Notes: a model not told the origin generated them from the sequence alone. Shown: positions 55,260-64,000, counted from the first letter of the stretch. The stretch: 64,000 nucleotides of DNA from a bacterium (GCA_030629005.1 DAOVPV010000002.1:67932-131931), one strand, 5' to 3'. Translations and numbers: made by a program.

Positions 55260-56435
55260 ATGTATATAAAAAGAATTATGGAAAAAGATGTAAAAGAAGG
55301 GTCTAAATATTTCCCGGTTGTTGCAATTTTGGGCCCAAGGCAATCCGGAAAAACAACTTTAGCTAAAAAAGTTTTTTCTAACCACAAATATATATCTCTA
55401 GAAGACACTGATATTCGAGAAGTAATAAAAAGAGATCCTCGATCATTTTTAAAACTTAATAAAAATGAACATGGAATTATCATAGATGAATTTCAACATG
55501 TACCAGATCTTTTATCTTACATTCAAACATTTGTAGATAAAGAAAAAAAAATGGGATATTTCATATTAACAGGATCGCAAAACTTTTTAATGAATCAGGC
55601 AATTTCACAAACACTAGCAGGAAGAATATCAATTCATACTCTATTGCCACTCTCTATAGAAGAATTAAAAACTCACAAATTATTATCTGAAGATGTAGAA
55701 TATTTTTTATCTAAAGGTTTTTATCCTGCAATATATGACAGAAACATTCCGCAAGACAAACTTTATAGCCAATATTTAAAAACTTATATAGAAAGAGATG
55801 TTAGACAATTAGCTCATGTTGGAGACCTTACAACATTTCAAACATTTTTAACACTTTGCGCTCAACGAGTTGGACAACTTCTAAATTATTCTGAATTAAG
55901 CCGAGCCTGTAGAATAAGCGATCAGACAGTAAGAAGATGGCTTTCTATTCTAGAAGCAAGTTATATAATTTTCCTATTGCATCCATACCATAAAAACATG
56001 GGAAAACGATTAATTAAAACACCAAAACTTCATTTTTACGATACAGGGCTAGTGTCTTTTTTATTAAAGATAAAGCAAGAAGATTTTTTATTACACAATA
56101 TGCGCGGAAATATTTTTGAATCATTTGTAATTTCAGAAATAATTAAAAACTTTTATAACAAAGGAAAAGATCCAAATATCTATTTCTGGAGAGATAGATA
56201 TGAACACGAAGTTGATTGTGTTATTGAATATGGAACAAAAGTAATAGCAATAGAGGTAAAAGCAAAAAGAACTTTTAATTCTAGAATTTTTCAGGGGTTA
56301 AGCTATTGGAATGAATTAAATCCCGAAACATACAAATCATATATTGTTCATGCTGCGAATAAAAATGAAGTGACAACTTCTCATAAAAACCTAATTAGCT
56401 GGCAAAACATAAATGAAATAATTGATTTTCTATAA
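55260..56435 (+). CDS. AAA+ ATPase of the AAA_14/DUF4143 type
   Basis: Walker A ILGPRQSGKTTLAK, Walker B IIIDEFQ, and a C-terminal region typical of DUF4143-containing ATPases. ATG 55260 has a GGAG 6 nt upstream. Confidence 0.75.
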   Translation: MYIKRIMEKDVKEGSKYFPVVAILGPRQSGKTTLAKKVFSNHKYISLEDTDIREVIKRDPRSFLKLNKNEHGIIIDEFQHVPDLLSYIQTFVDKEKKMGYFILTGSQNFLMNQAISQTLAGRISIHTLLPLSIEELKTHKLLSEDVEYFLSKGFYPAIYDRNIPQDKLYSQYLKTYIERDVRQLAHVGDLTTFQTFLTLCAQRVGQLLNYSELSRACRISDQTVRRWLSILEASYIIFLLHPYHKNMGKRLIKTPKLHFYDTGLVSFLLKIKQEDFLLHNMRGNIFESFVISEIIKNFYNKGKDPNIYFWRDRYEHEVDCVIEYGTKVIAIEVKAKRTFNSRIFQGLSYWNELNPETYKSYIVHAANKNEVTTSHKNLISWQNINEIIDFL

Positions 56436-56521
56436 CCACTGTTTTTGTGATTGTTTTTCTATTGTTGAAGCTTTTAGTAAAAAAAAATTTTAAAGCAAAT
56501 ATGTTTTATGTGAATGTTTTT

Positions 56522-58720
56522 TTATCTAGCCTCAAGATCTGTTGTTAAAAACTCTTTTAAAAACGTATTTCTTTTAATGCTCTTGTTATTTTTAATTGCC
56601 ATGGCAATAGCTCTAGGCTCGCCAATTAAAATACATAATTTTTTAGCTCTGGTAATTGCAGTGTATATTAAGTTTCTTTGTAATAATATAAAATGTTGCA
56701 TGAAAATAGGAATAATTACCGCATCAAACTCCGAGCCTTGGCTTTTATGTATAGAAACGGCATAAGACAATATTATTTCGCTTAATTCCGCAAAATCATA
56801 TTCCAGGTCGCGATTGCCAAAGTTTATAAAAAGAACTTGGTTTTCGTTATCTATTTGTTTTATTTGTCCGATATCGCCATTAAAAACAAATTTGTCGTAA
56901 TTATTTCTAATTTGCATCACCCTATCGCCTTCTCTGTAAATTTGTCCGAAGCGTTGGGTTTCTTTCAACTCAGAATTTTCAGGGTTTAAAATGAGTTGTA
57001 ATTCTTGATTTATTCTTTGGCTGCCAGCCGTGCCTCTGTTCATGGGAGTGAGTACTATGCTGTTTTCCAAAGATATAGAATGTTTTTTAAGAGTCGAGTT
57101 ATAAATTTTGTGTAATGTTGGAAATATATTTGCAGGATCTTTTTCTTTTATATAAAAAAAATCTTTTTTAGATCCAGGCATGGAACCTGTTGGAAATTCA
57201 CCATTATTAACTTTGTGTGCATTTACGATAATCATGCTATTTTGAGCTTGGCGAAAAATTTCTGTAAGTTTTATTGTTGTAACTTTGTTACTTTCAATTA
57301 AATCATTTAAAATATTGCCAGCTCCAACAGATGGTAATTGATCGATATCTCCAAGAAGTATTAGATGTGCATTTTCTGGCATTGCTCGTAAAACTGAATT
57401 CATTAAAAAGACGTCTATCATAGACGCTTCGTCTACAATTAAAAAATCTAGTTCTAAAGCATTTTGTTCATTGCGGGCAAAATTCATGATATTTGGTCTA
57501 AATTCTAGAAGTCGGTGCAATGTTTCTGCACTTCTGCCTGTGCCTTCGAACATGCGCTTAGATGCTCGGCCTGTAGGTGCTGCTAATTTAAATCTTATTT
57601 TATAAAAGTCTAAAATATCTAAAAGTTTTTTGAGCAATGTAGTTTTACCTGTACCAGGGCCACCTGTAATAATTGTTACTTTGTTTTGCAGTGCCGCGAT
57701 AATACCCTTTTGCTGATCTTCGTTTAGCTCTAAGCCTCTGTTGTCTTTTGATTTTGCTAAGTTGTAAACTTCATTAAAATTAAATTGATTGTTAGATTTT
57801 TTTATTATTAAGTTTTGAATTTTATTTGCAATACCTTTTTCGGAATAGTAATATTTGGGCAGTGTTATAAAATGCAGTTCCGTTTCATTTTCTAGGGATA
57901 ATAGTTTAATTTTGTCGTTTGAATATAATTGGTGTAAAGCCTTTTTAAGTAAGAGTTTGTTTTCTGGATTTTTTTCAAGATCTAATAGTTTTAAGCTTTT
58001 TTCTTTACACTCTTCTACTTCTATGTATAAGTGACCGTTACTTATATTTTCTGTAATGCAAAATAAGATACCAGAACAAATTCTTTTTTTTGCATTTTTT
58101 TCTAAGCCTAGTTTTAGAGCAAGTTGATCTGCTGATTTAAATCCTACACCCCAAATGTCTTCTACAAGTTTGTATGGATTTTCTTGTATTATTTCTAAAG
58201 AATCATTGCCATAAGTTTTATATATTTTTACAGCAAATGCTGTGGAGATATCTTTGTCTTTTAAAAAGACCATAACTTTAGAAATTTCTTTTTGATCGTG
58301 CCAAGCTTTTGTAATAGCTTCTACCTTTTTTTGTCCGACTCCATTTATAGATAAAAGTTTATCTGGATTTTTATCTATAATTTCTAAAGTTTTATCTCCA
58401 AAGGCACGAACAAGTCTTTCTGCAAATTTAGGTCCAATGCCTTTAATTAATCCAGAGGCTAAATACTTTTGAATTCCAGAGGTGCTAGATGGTAGTTGTG
58501 ATTTAGATTCACTAACTTCAAATTGGCGGCCAAACTTTTTATGGAAAACCCATTTGCCGATTAGTGTTACATTTTCACCTTGATGTAGTTGAGGCAGGTA
58601 GCCTTGAACTGTAATATTTTCTTTTGCGGTTACTTTTAATGTAAATATTGCAAAACCATTTTCTTTATTTTTGTATATTTCTTTTTCTAATGTGCCGCAA
58701 ACTTCTGTATTGTTTTCCAT
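56522..58720 (-). CDS. recD2: ATP-dependent RecD2-like SF1 DNA helicase
   Basis: N-terminal OB/HhH region (GIGPKFAERL, INGVGQKKVE). Helicase motifs ITGGPGTGKTT, LAAPTGRASKRM, LIVDEASMID, GDIDQLPSVGAGN, SIHKSQGSEF and YTAITRAKK. Confidence 0.9.
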   Translation of the reverse strand: MENNTEVCGTLEKEIYKNKENGFAIFTLKVTAKENITVQGYLPQLHQGENVTLIGKWVFHKKFGRQFEVSESKSQLPSSTSGIQKYLASGLIKGIGPKFAERLVRAFGDKTLEIIDKNPDKLLSINGVGQKKVEAITKAWHDQKEISKVMVFLKDKDISTAFAVKIYKTYGNDSLEIIQENPYKLVEDIWGVGFKSADQLALKLGLEKNAKKRICSGILFCITENISNGHLYIEVEECKEKSLKLLDLEKNPENKLLLKKALHQLYSNDKIKLLSLENETELHFITLPKYYYSEKGIANKIQNLIIKKSNNQFNFNEVYNLAKSKDNRGLELNEDQQKGIIAALQNKVTIITGGPGTGKTTLLKKLLDILDFYKIRFKLAAPTGRASKRMFEGTGRSAETLHRLLEFRPNIMNFARNEQNALELDFLIVDEASMIDVFLMNSVLRAMPENAHLILLGDIDQLPSVGAGNILNDLIESNKVTTIKLTEIFRQAQNSMIIVNAHKVNNGEFPTGSMPGSKKDFFYIKEKDPANIFPTLHKIYNSTLKKHSISLENSIVLTPMNRGTAGSQRINQELQLILNPENSELKETQRFGQIYREGDRVMQIRNNYDKFVFNGDIGQIKQIDNENQVLFINFGNRDLEYDFAELSEIILSYAVSIHKSQGSEFDAVIIPIFMQHFILLQRNLIYTAITRAKKLCILIGEPRAIAMAIKNNKSIKRNTFLKEFLTTDLEAR

Positions 58721-58729
58721 GATTGTTAT

Positions 58730-59491
58730 TTAGCTTATATTTATTTTGTGATTGTTTTTTTGTTTATTACTTTGTTCTATTAATTTTTTGTAAAACTCTT
58801 TAGCTCCATTTTTTGTTTCTTCTGTAAATGTTTTGTTTAAAGACCCAAAAAGTTGGATTAATTCTTCACATACTTTTAAAAGAGAGTCTTTGTCGTGTAT
58901 ATATTTTTCAAAAAAACCGTCTATTTCTCTTGCGTCTGTATTTAAAAAAATAAGACACGCTGGCATTTCTTCTTTATCTAAGTATTTTGAGGCATCTTCC
59001 AATTTTATATTTTCTATAATTATATTTTTATTTGCTGCGGTGTTTTTTATTTTATCTATTAAATTTTGACTTAATAAAGAGATAAACAAGGGTTCATTTA
59101 TAAATCGAAAAATCTTTTTATGCAAGAGGGGGAAAATATCTTTTACCGGTTTTAACATTTCTTGTTTAAATTTTTCTACTTCTGCTTCTTTAATATTATC
59201 TTTTTTTGTGAGAATAATTTTTGAATTTTTATATGAACTTTGAAGACGTAACATATATATGAGATTATCTTTGAATATTTTATTGATAAGTCTGGAGTGG
59301 GATTCTGGTATGGTGTAAATTAATTTTGATTTATTTTCTAAAATAGAATTAAAATCGTTGTTGGAAGAATTATTTTGTTGCGTATCTGTTGTTGAATTAT
59401 TTGTTTGTAAAATAGCTAATATGTCTGTTTGTGAAAAAAATAGAATAATAAATAATACTATTATTTGCCTGTTCTTTACTACATACTCCAT
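58730..59491 (-). CDS. Hypothetical secreted/membrane-anchored protein
   Basis: Hydrophobic N-terminus IIVLFIILFFSQTDILA. No recognisable family. Confidence 0.45.
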   Translation of the reverse strand: MEYVVKNRQIIVLFIILFFSQTDILAILQTNNSTTDTQQNNSSNNDFNSILENKSKLIYTIPESHSRLINKIFKDNLIYMLRLQSSYKNSKIILTKKDNIKEAEVEKFKQEMLKPVKDIFPLLHKKIFRFINEPLFISLLSQNLIDKIKNTAANKNIIIENIKLEDASKYLDKEEMPACLIFLNTDAREIDGFFEKYIHDKDSLLKVCEELIQLFGSLNKTFTEETKNGAKEFYKKLIEQSNKQKNNHKINIS

Positions 59492-59521
59492 TACTCCCTT
59501 TCTATTTAAAGATATGGTGTT

Positions 59522-61000
59522 TTAAAAAGAAGCTCCTATTTTTAAGAAAAGTGTCCAATCTCGACCAATATTTTTGGCTGAAATTGTGTAATCTCCTCCT
59601 AAACCGAAAACAAAATCCCATTTTTTATATTTTTTTATATGATCGGCATTAAAAAATAATTTATGTTGAATTGCTGCTGGAGCTATTGCAGATTTTATTT
59701 TAAGAGAAGAGGCATCTTCGGTTGTATATATCTTTTCGAATTTTTCTCTTTGTTGGTTGTAATAGTCATAACCAAAACCTAAATTCCAATTGTTGTTTGT
59801 GTTGTAAGTTATAGATGAAACAAAATTTATAATATCTCCAGGTTGTATTAAAACTTTATAAGCTGGTGGAAAAACGTATTCTTTAATAAATTTTGTTTCA
59901 TATTCAGGATTTTCTTTAAGTTCCTCAAGAGAAATTGGTTGGAAGATTGTTTGTTTGGATGGTATTAATCTGTATTCTTTCGCGGTAAATAAATTGTCAA
60001 AAGATATTCTATTAAAAAAATGTAAGTTATTGTTTAGTAAATCTATTTTTGATTCGAAGAAACATCCTAAGCCAAAGTGGCCATAATTTCCAAGTTGAGG
60101 TGTTATTAGATTATCTCTTATATTTCTTAACAAGTCTGGTATGTCATTTATGAAATTATTAAGATCGACCCTATGGTATTCTTGAAGTTTGGGGTCAGTT
60201 GATATTTTACTTGTTGGTATTATTCCTTCAAAACCAACATCAACTTGAAGGTTAGACATGTTTAATGTATTAAGACCCAATTTTACTCTAGTATCTCCAA
60301 AACCTAATTTTGTTTTACAAAGTTCTTTATTATCAAAAGTAGAATCAGAGTCTGAAAACATTTCTTGAATTCTAGCTTGATCATCTTTATTTAACCAGAA
60401 GTTGCGTTCAGAAAATTGTAATGAGGTGTTTATTTCGAATTTAAACATCGACTTTGTAAATGCAAGTTGCATCAATGCGCCAAGTTTACGCTCTTGTATT
60501 GTAAGTTTTTTAAACAGTGGAATTAAACTAGATGCTTCTTTTACACCAAGTTCTGTGATAAGTACACTTAATAATTGATCTAGAGCTAGTTTGTTTTCGT
60601 CGAATTTTAAAGTTTCATTTGTTGAAAAGTTCATAGCTTTTGTAGAATTAAAGAACAAATTGAGCATTAGCCCGCCATACTCTAGCGCTGATATCCTATG
60701 TGGCATTAAGTATAAAACATCACGTCCTTTTGGTGGTTTTGTAATTCCCCATAAGGGTGTATTTATGTCTAGTATTATATCTGCGAGTTCTTCAAATATA
60801 TTAGCATACGATCTTGTTGGTATTTGAGAATAATCAATGTCATCGAAAAAGTCTGCAGGTATATAAATATCATCAAAATCTATCGAATTAAAATTGTCAA
60901 AGTTAAAATCATCTTGTGAGTTTGGTTTTGTTAATTGGCTTGTAAACAAACCAATAGTTAGAATAATTATGGTAATAAAATTTTTTGTTTTTCTATTCAT
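59522..61000 (-). CDS. Putative outer-membrane beta-barrel protein
   Basis: Signal-like N-terminus, beta-strand periodicity, C-terminal ...FLKIGASF ending in Phe. Shares scattered motifs with ORF 41858..43279. Confidence 0.45.
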   Translation of the reverse strand: MNRKTKNFITIIILTIGLFTSQLTKPNSQDDFNFDNFNSIDFDDIYIPADFFDDIDYSQIPTRSYANIFEELADIILDINTPLWGITKPPKGRDVLYLMPHRISALEYGGLMLNLFFNSTKAMNFSTNETLKFDENKLALDQLLSVLITELGVKEASSLIPLFKKLTIQERKLGALMQLAFTKSMFKFEINTSLQFSERNFWLNKDDQARIQEMFSDSDSTFDNKELCKTKLGFGDTRVKLGLNTLNMSNLQVDVGFEGIIPTSKISTDPKLQEYHRVDLNNFINDIPDLLRNIRDNLITPQLGNYGHFGLGCFFESKIDLLNNNLHFFNRISFDNLFTAKEYRLIPSKQTIFQPISLEELKENPEYETKFIKEYVFPPAYKVLIQPGDIINFVSSITYNTNNNWNLGFGYDYYNQQREKFEKIYTTEDASSLKIKSAIAPAAIQHKLFFNADHIKKYKKWDFVFGLGGDYTISAKNIGRDWTLFLKIGASF

Positions 61001-61082
61001 ATAATAATCTTTTAATAATCTTTAATTTTCTTAGAGGTTAATTTTGTAAATTATTGAGCAATGTTTGTATGAAAATTTTAAG

Positions 61083-61163
61083 ACTGGATCCTGAAACAAG
61101 TTCAGGATGACAATGTGAAATTTGTGCTAGGTATGTCATCCTGAACTTGTTTTAGAATCCAGT
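61083..61163. repeat. Nested palindromic element, copy C, 81 bp
   Basis: Arms ACTGGATCCTGAAACAAGTTCAGGATGACA (61083-61112) and TGTCATCCTGAACTTGTTTTAGAATCCAGT (61134-61163). Confidence 0.85.
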
Positions 61164-61245
61164 TATAAAGTTTTTTGTTTTTTAAAGTATAACAAAGTAT
61201 TTCAAGGATAAATAATTTTTTCAAGTAACCCCGCTTTTTGCCTTT

Positions 61246-61282
61246 AAAAACCGAGAAAAAGGCCGCTTTTGCTCGGTTTTTT
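61246..61282. terminator. Strong hairpin with flanking A- and T-runs (orphan bidirectional terminator-like structure)
   Basis: CCGAGAAAAAG-GCCG-CTTTTGCTCGG (10 of 11 pairs, tetraloop), preceded by AAAAA and followed by TTTTTT. Lies in a divergent intergenic region with no annotated gene reading into it. Confidence 0.55.
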
Positions 61283-61386
61283 AAACGTAAACTCTAAAAA
61301 AAATAAAAAAAATTGTCTTGTGAGATTGTGAAATTATTAATAAACTTTTTGTTAAAATTTGTTAATTATAAAATTGGGAGAAACAG

Positions 61387-62124
61387 ATGCAGTCAAATAT
61401 AGAATCCGAAACGTCATTGTTTGTTATAGAGGGTAATATTGGAGCTGGCAAAACCACATTTTTAAGAATACTAAAAGAAAATTTGGCTGTTGATATAATC
61501 CACGAGCCTACTGACAAGTGGCAAAATGTTGCAGGTAGTGGAAATCTATTAGATCTTTTTTACAAAGAATCAAAACGTTGGGCTTATACATTTCAGTCTT
61601 TTGCATTTATCACCCGTGTTGAGGCTATCGTTGAAAAGTTGAAGATTGCAAATGCAAATGTTACTCAAATTTTAGAACGATCTGTTTATAGCGATAGATT
61701 TTGTTTTGCAAAAAATTGTTATGAATCTGGTACCATGACTGCCTTAGAATGGCAAATATATAAGGACTGGTTTAAGTGGCTTGTTGAAAGTTACACCCAA
61801 AAACCAACTGGTTTTATTTATTTAAAGACAGATCCAAAAGTTTGTTATGAACGTATGGTAAAAAGAGATCGCTCGGAAGAAAGTGCTGTTCCTTTAGATT
61901 ATTTAGAACTTCTGCACAAAAAGCATGAAGATTGGCTTATAAATAAAGTTGATGTGATTGATTATATAAAAGATGTTCCTGTTCTTTCTATAGATTGTAA
62001 TCTTGAATTTGAAAATGATATGGCAAGACAAAAGGAACTTATAAGTTTGATTTCTTCTTTTATTGAGAATGTTAAATATAAAAAAAATCCTGTTTTTACG
62101 AAACAAAATCAGGTTCAACTGTAA
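61387..62124 (+). CDS. Deoxynucleoside kinase (dCK/dGK/TK2 family)
   Basis: P-loop IEGNIGAGKTTF, an EP..KW motif and ERSVYSDRFCF (ERS motif). GGGAGA Shine-Dalgarno. Confidence 0.85.
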   Translation: MQSNIESETSLFVIEGNIGAGKTTFLRILKENLAVDIIHEPTDKWQNVAGSGNLLDLFYKESKRWAYTFQSFAFITRVEAIVEKLKIANANVTQILERSVYSDRFCFAKNCYESGTMTALEWQIYKDWFKWLVESYTQKPTGFIYLKTDPKVCYERMVKRDRSEESAVPLDYLELLHKKHEDWLINKVDVIDYIKDVPVLSIDCNLEFENDMARQKELISLISSFIENVKYKKNPVFTKQNQVQL

Positions 62125-62154
62125 TATATAAATTAAAACTATTTATTGATAAAG

Positions 62155-62186
62155 TTGACAAAATATTGTTGCCATCGTAATAATAT
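62155..62186 (+). promoter_or_regulatory. Candidate promoter for the atp operon
   Basis: Perfect TTGACA (62155-62160) followed 17-20 nt later by the TAATAATAT region. The -10 assignment is ambiguous. Confidence 0.35.
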
Positions 62187-62241
62187 AAGTCGCTAAAGAG
62201 TTGTTGAAATTAGATTTTTACAATTTTGTGAAAGGGTTTTT

Positions 62242-62490
62242 GTGGATAGCGTTAATTGGGTTAAAGTTGCTGCGTGTATTGGTGCTGGCATAGCTATAGG
62301 GCTTGGTTCTATGGGACCTGCTTTAGGGCAAGGTTTTGTTGGTGGAAAAGCTTGCGAAAGTATAGGTAAAAAACCAGAAAATGCAGGATTAATAACAAGA
62401 ACAATGATTGTTGCTCTGGCATTTGTAGAAAGTTCTGCAATATATGCACTTTTGGTTGCTTTAGTTTTAATGTTTGTGGTTGCTAGATAA
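62242..62490 (+). CDS. atpE: F-type ATP synthase subunit c
   Basis: Two-helix proteolipid with GLGSMGPALGQG and the essential carboxylate context ALAFVESSAIYAL. GTG start with an AAAGGG Shine-Dalgarno. Confidence 0.9.
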   Translation: MDSVNWVKVAACIGAGIAIGLGSMGPALGQGFVGGKACESIGKKPENAGLITRTMIVALAFVESSAIYALLVALVLMFVVAR

Positions 62491-62506
62491 TAGTTAAGTA
62501 TCTCTT

Positions 62507-62863
62507 ATGCAGCTTAATTTTACATTTTTTCTACAGATATTTAATTTCATTATTACGTATTGGTTTTTAAATAGGTTTATGTTTAAGCCTGTACTCGCTC
62601 ATATTTTAATGCAAAAAAAATCTGAAGATAAAATAAATTTAGAATTAAAACAGAAACAAGAATTTATTTATAATTTAGAAAAACAGAAACAAGAAGAACT
62701 ATTTGATTTTCAGGAAGAAGCGGGAGAAAAGTATAAAATAGATCAACCTGAAATTGTGGACATCCCAGCAGAAATAGAATGTGTTTTAGATAAACAAGAG
62801 GCAGAATATATAACAAAAATAGCTGCAGATATTCTCGTGAAGAGGGTTCCTCATGTTGATTGA
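62507..62863 (+). CDS. F-type ATP synthase subunit b' (b-like)
   Basis: N-terminal TM FLQIFNFIITYWFLNRFMFKPV followed by a charged helix. Positioned between c and b. Confidence 0.55.
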   Translation: MQLNFTFFLQIFNFIITYWFLNRFMFKPVLAHILMQKKSEDKINLELKQKQEFIYNLEKQKQEELFDFQEEAGEKYKIDQPEIVDIPAEIECVLDKQEAEYITKIAADILVKRVPHVD

Positions 62864-63341
62864 TTTTTCAAATATTTTGCATGTTTTTTTTGAATTAACA
62901 TTATTTTTTTTATTAGCAATACTTTTATTTAAAGGCATAAAACTTTATTTAATTCCGTATATTTATGGTGAAATTTTAAATATAAAAAAAAAGAAAGAAG
63001 ATCTATTAGCTCAAGATGATCTTTTAAGTAAAACTTCACAAACTGTTTCTACAAAAATAAAGGAACAACGAAAAGAGTTTGTTCTTTTGGAGGGGAAAAT
63101 AAATTCTTGGAGACGATATTTGTTGAATAAACAAATGGAAGAAAGTCGATCTGAAAAAACAAACTTAGATAAAATAAAAAAAAAGAGAGTAACTCAGAGT
63201 TATAATTTAAACATTTTAAAATTAGAAAAAGTGGTTATTCCCTCTTCTATTAAGTTAGCTTATGATAAAATTAAGTTAATGTACGCTGGGGATAAAGGAT
63301 TATTGTTGACCAAAGAGTTGATAAATAAAATAAAATCCTGA
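62853..63341 (+). CDS. atpF: F-type ATP synthase subunit b
   Basis: Single N-terminal TM plus a long charged helical region. Call rests on operon position. Confidence 0.5.
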   Translation: MLIDFSNILHVFFELTLFFLLAILLFKGIKLYLIPYIYGEILNIKKKKEDLLAQDDLLSKTSQTVSTKIKEQRKEFVLLEGKINSWRRYLLNKQMEESRSEKTNLDKIKKKRVTQSYNLNILKLEKVVIPSSIKLAYDKIKLMYAGDKGLLLTKELINKIKS

Positions 63342-63364
63342 TTTTTAAAATATGGGATTTGCAT

Positions 63365-63922
63365 ATGTTGTTGGAACTAAATTTTATTGCGAAAAGGTAT
63401 GCAGTTGCTTTTTTGAATATTTTTGAAAAAGAATTATCTGAGGATAATTTAAAAAAATGGCAGGCACTAGTGTGTTTTTTACAAAAAAATACACTCTTTT
63501 ATGTTTATTTAAGAATTCCTGTAATATCGCGTTTAACTAAACAGAAAGCATTAATTAGGGTTGCACAATCATTTGATCTGAAAAAGCCCATAGTTAAAAT
63601 GATAATGTTGTTATTAGATCATGGTAGAATAGAAATTCTTGATAAAGTATTAATGTATATAATTTTATTATATAGGCGTAGACTTAACACAAAGTTATTT
63701 AGGATTACAAGTTCCCATGGCTTAAATGAACAGGAAAAAAAGATTATTATTGATTTTACAAAGACTATTTCAAAATCTAACGTAGAAGCAGAATTTGTTG
63801 TAAATGAAAAATTGATTGTAGGATTAAGGATACAAAGTTTGACTTTTTTATGGGAGCGTTCTATTTCCAAGCAGCTTAGAGGTGTAAAACGTTCTGTTTT
63901 TAAACAGGTAGGATTATGGTAA
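63365..63922 (+). CDS. atpH: F-type ATP synthase subunit delta (OSCP)
   Basis: IAKRYAVAFLNIF N-terminus and the C-terminal LIVGLRIQ pattern typical of delta. ATG 63365 is preferred over TTG 63359. Confidence 0.65.
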   Translation: MLLELNFIAKRYAVAFLNIFEKELSEDNLKKWQALVCFLQKNTLFYVYLRIPVISRLTKQKALIRVAQSFDLKKPIVKMIMLLLDHGRIEILDKVLMYIILLYRRRLNTKLFRITSSHGLNEQEKKIIIDFTKTISKSNVEAEFVVNEKLIVGLRIQSLTFLWERSISKQLRGVKRSVFKQVGLW

Positions 63923-64000
63923 AAAGAGAAACTGATATTATTTCTTTGCTCGAAAGAGCTTTAGAAGAAAAACCTCAAGAAAGTTTAGAAGAGGTTGGGA
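63916..64000 (+). CDS. atpA: F-type ATP synthase subunit alpha, first 28 codons (3' end outside the window)
   Basis: The ATG overlaps the atpH stop (ATGGTAA). MVKRETDIISLLERALEEKPQESLEEVG resembles alpha N-termini, and the operon position fits. Confidence 0.5.
   Translation, partial: MVKRETDIISLLERALEEKPQESLEEVG

Noticed and set aside
53746-58720. Defence island or mobile element interpretation (DUF4143 ATPase plus RecD2 helicase)
   Set aside because: The RecD2 gene has the full housekeeping architecture. No nuclease, methyltransferase, integrase, transposase or flanking repeats are visible, and composition looks like the rest of the window. Only the upstream repeat array is reported.

Overview
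This is a visibly AT-rich, gene-dense bacterial chromosome segment. It has about 60 credible CDS and one tRNA-Gly. I saw no rRNA, CRISPR array, transposase or integrase. Housekeeping content: infB (5' end outside the window), lpxK, a wecA-like transferase, nfo, psd, rpe, a tandem ddl-ddl fusion, ruvA, gatB, rng, pal, rlmN, jag-like/mnmE, trxA, mlaE/mlaF, secG, tpiA, mreB, murE, zwf-gnd, recD2 and a deoxynucleoside kinase. There is also a polyamine operon (speH, a speH-like paralogue, speE, a cyclase-family hydrolase) and the start of an F-type ATP synthase operon (c, b', b, delta, start of alpha). Diderm envelope genes, an ankyrin-repeat secreted protein, nucleoside salvage and many signal-peptide ORFans suggest a host-associated, reduced-genome bacterium. 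A Dependentiae/TM6-like organism would fit, but that is inference, not a search result. Main observations: (1) The 21-22 nt motif AACATTAAATGTTTCTTCCGAT, which contains a perfect 6-1-6 palindrome, occurs 8 times between 11 and 46 kb. Four copies sit 1-17 nt upstream of start codons and four sit in frame inside ORFs. All eight host genes encode envelope or secreted proteins. (2) A T2SS/T4P-like operon runs gspC-like, secretin 1, pilM-pilN fusion, pilO/gspM-like, secretin 2. The two paralogous secretins share an unusual C-terminal extension, and the operon sits next to an NtrC-family regulator with no GAFTGA loop and a degenerate Walker B. (3) Three copies of an ~80 bp nested palindromic (REP/MITE-like) element are present, two of them bracketing a HAD-hydrolase gene. 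(4) A self-contained promoter / 32-codon hydrophobic ORF / terminator unit lies in an otherwise empty 566 bp gap. (5) Several unusual domain architectures stand out: the Ddl-Ddl fusion, an FtsH-like AAA module without a protease domain, and paired AdoMetDC paralogues. All functional calls come from reading motifs in the supplied translations; no database search was possible.
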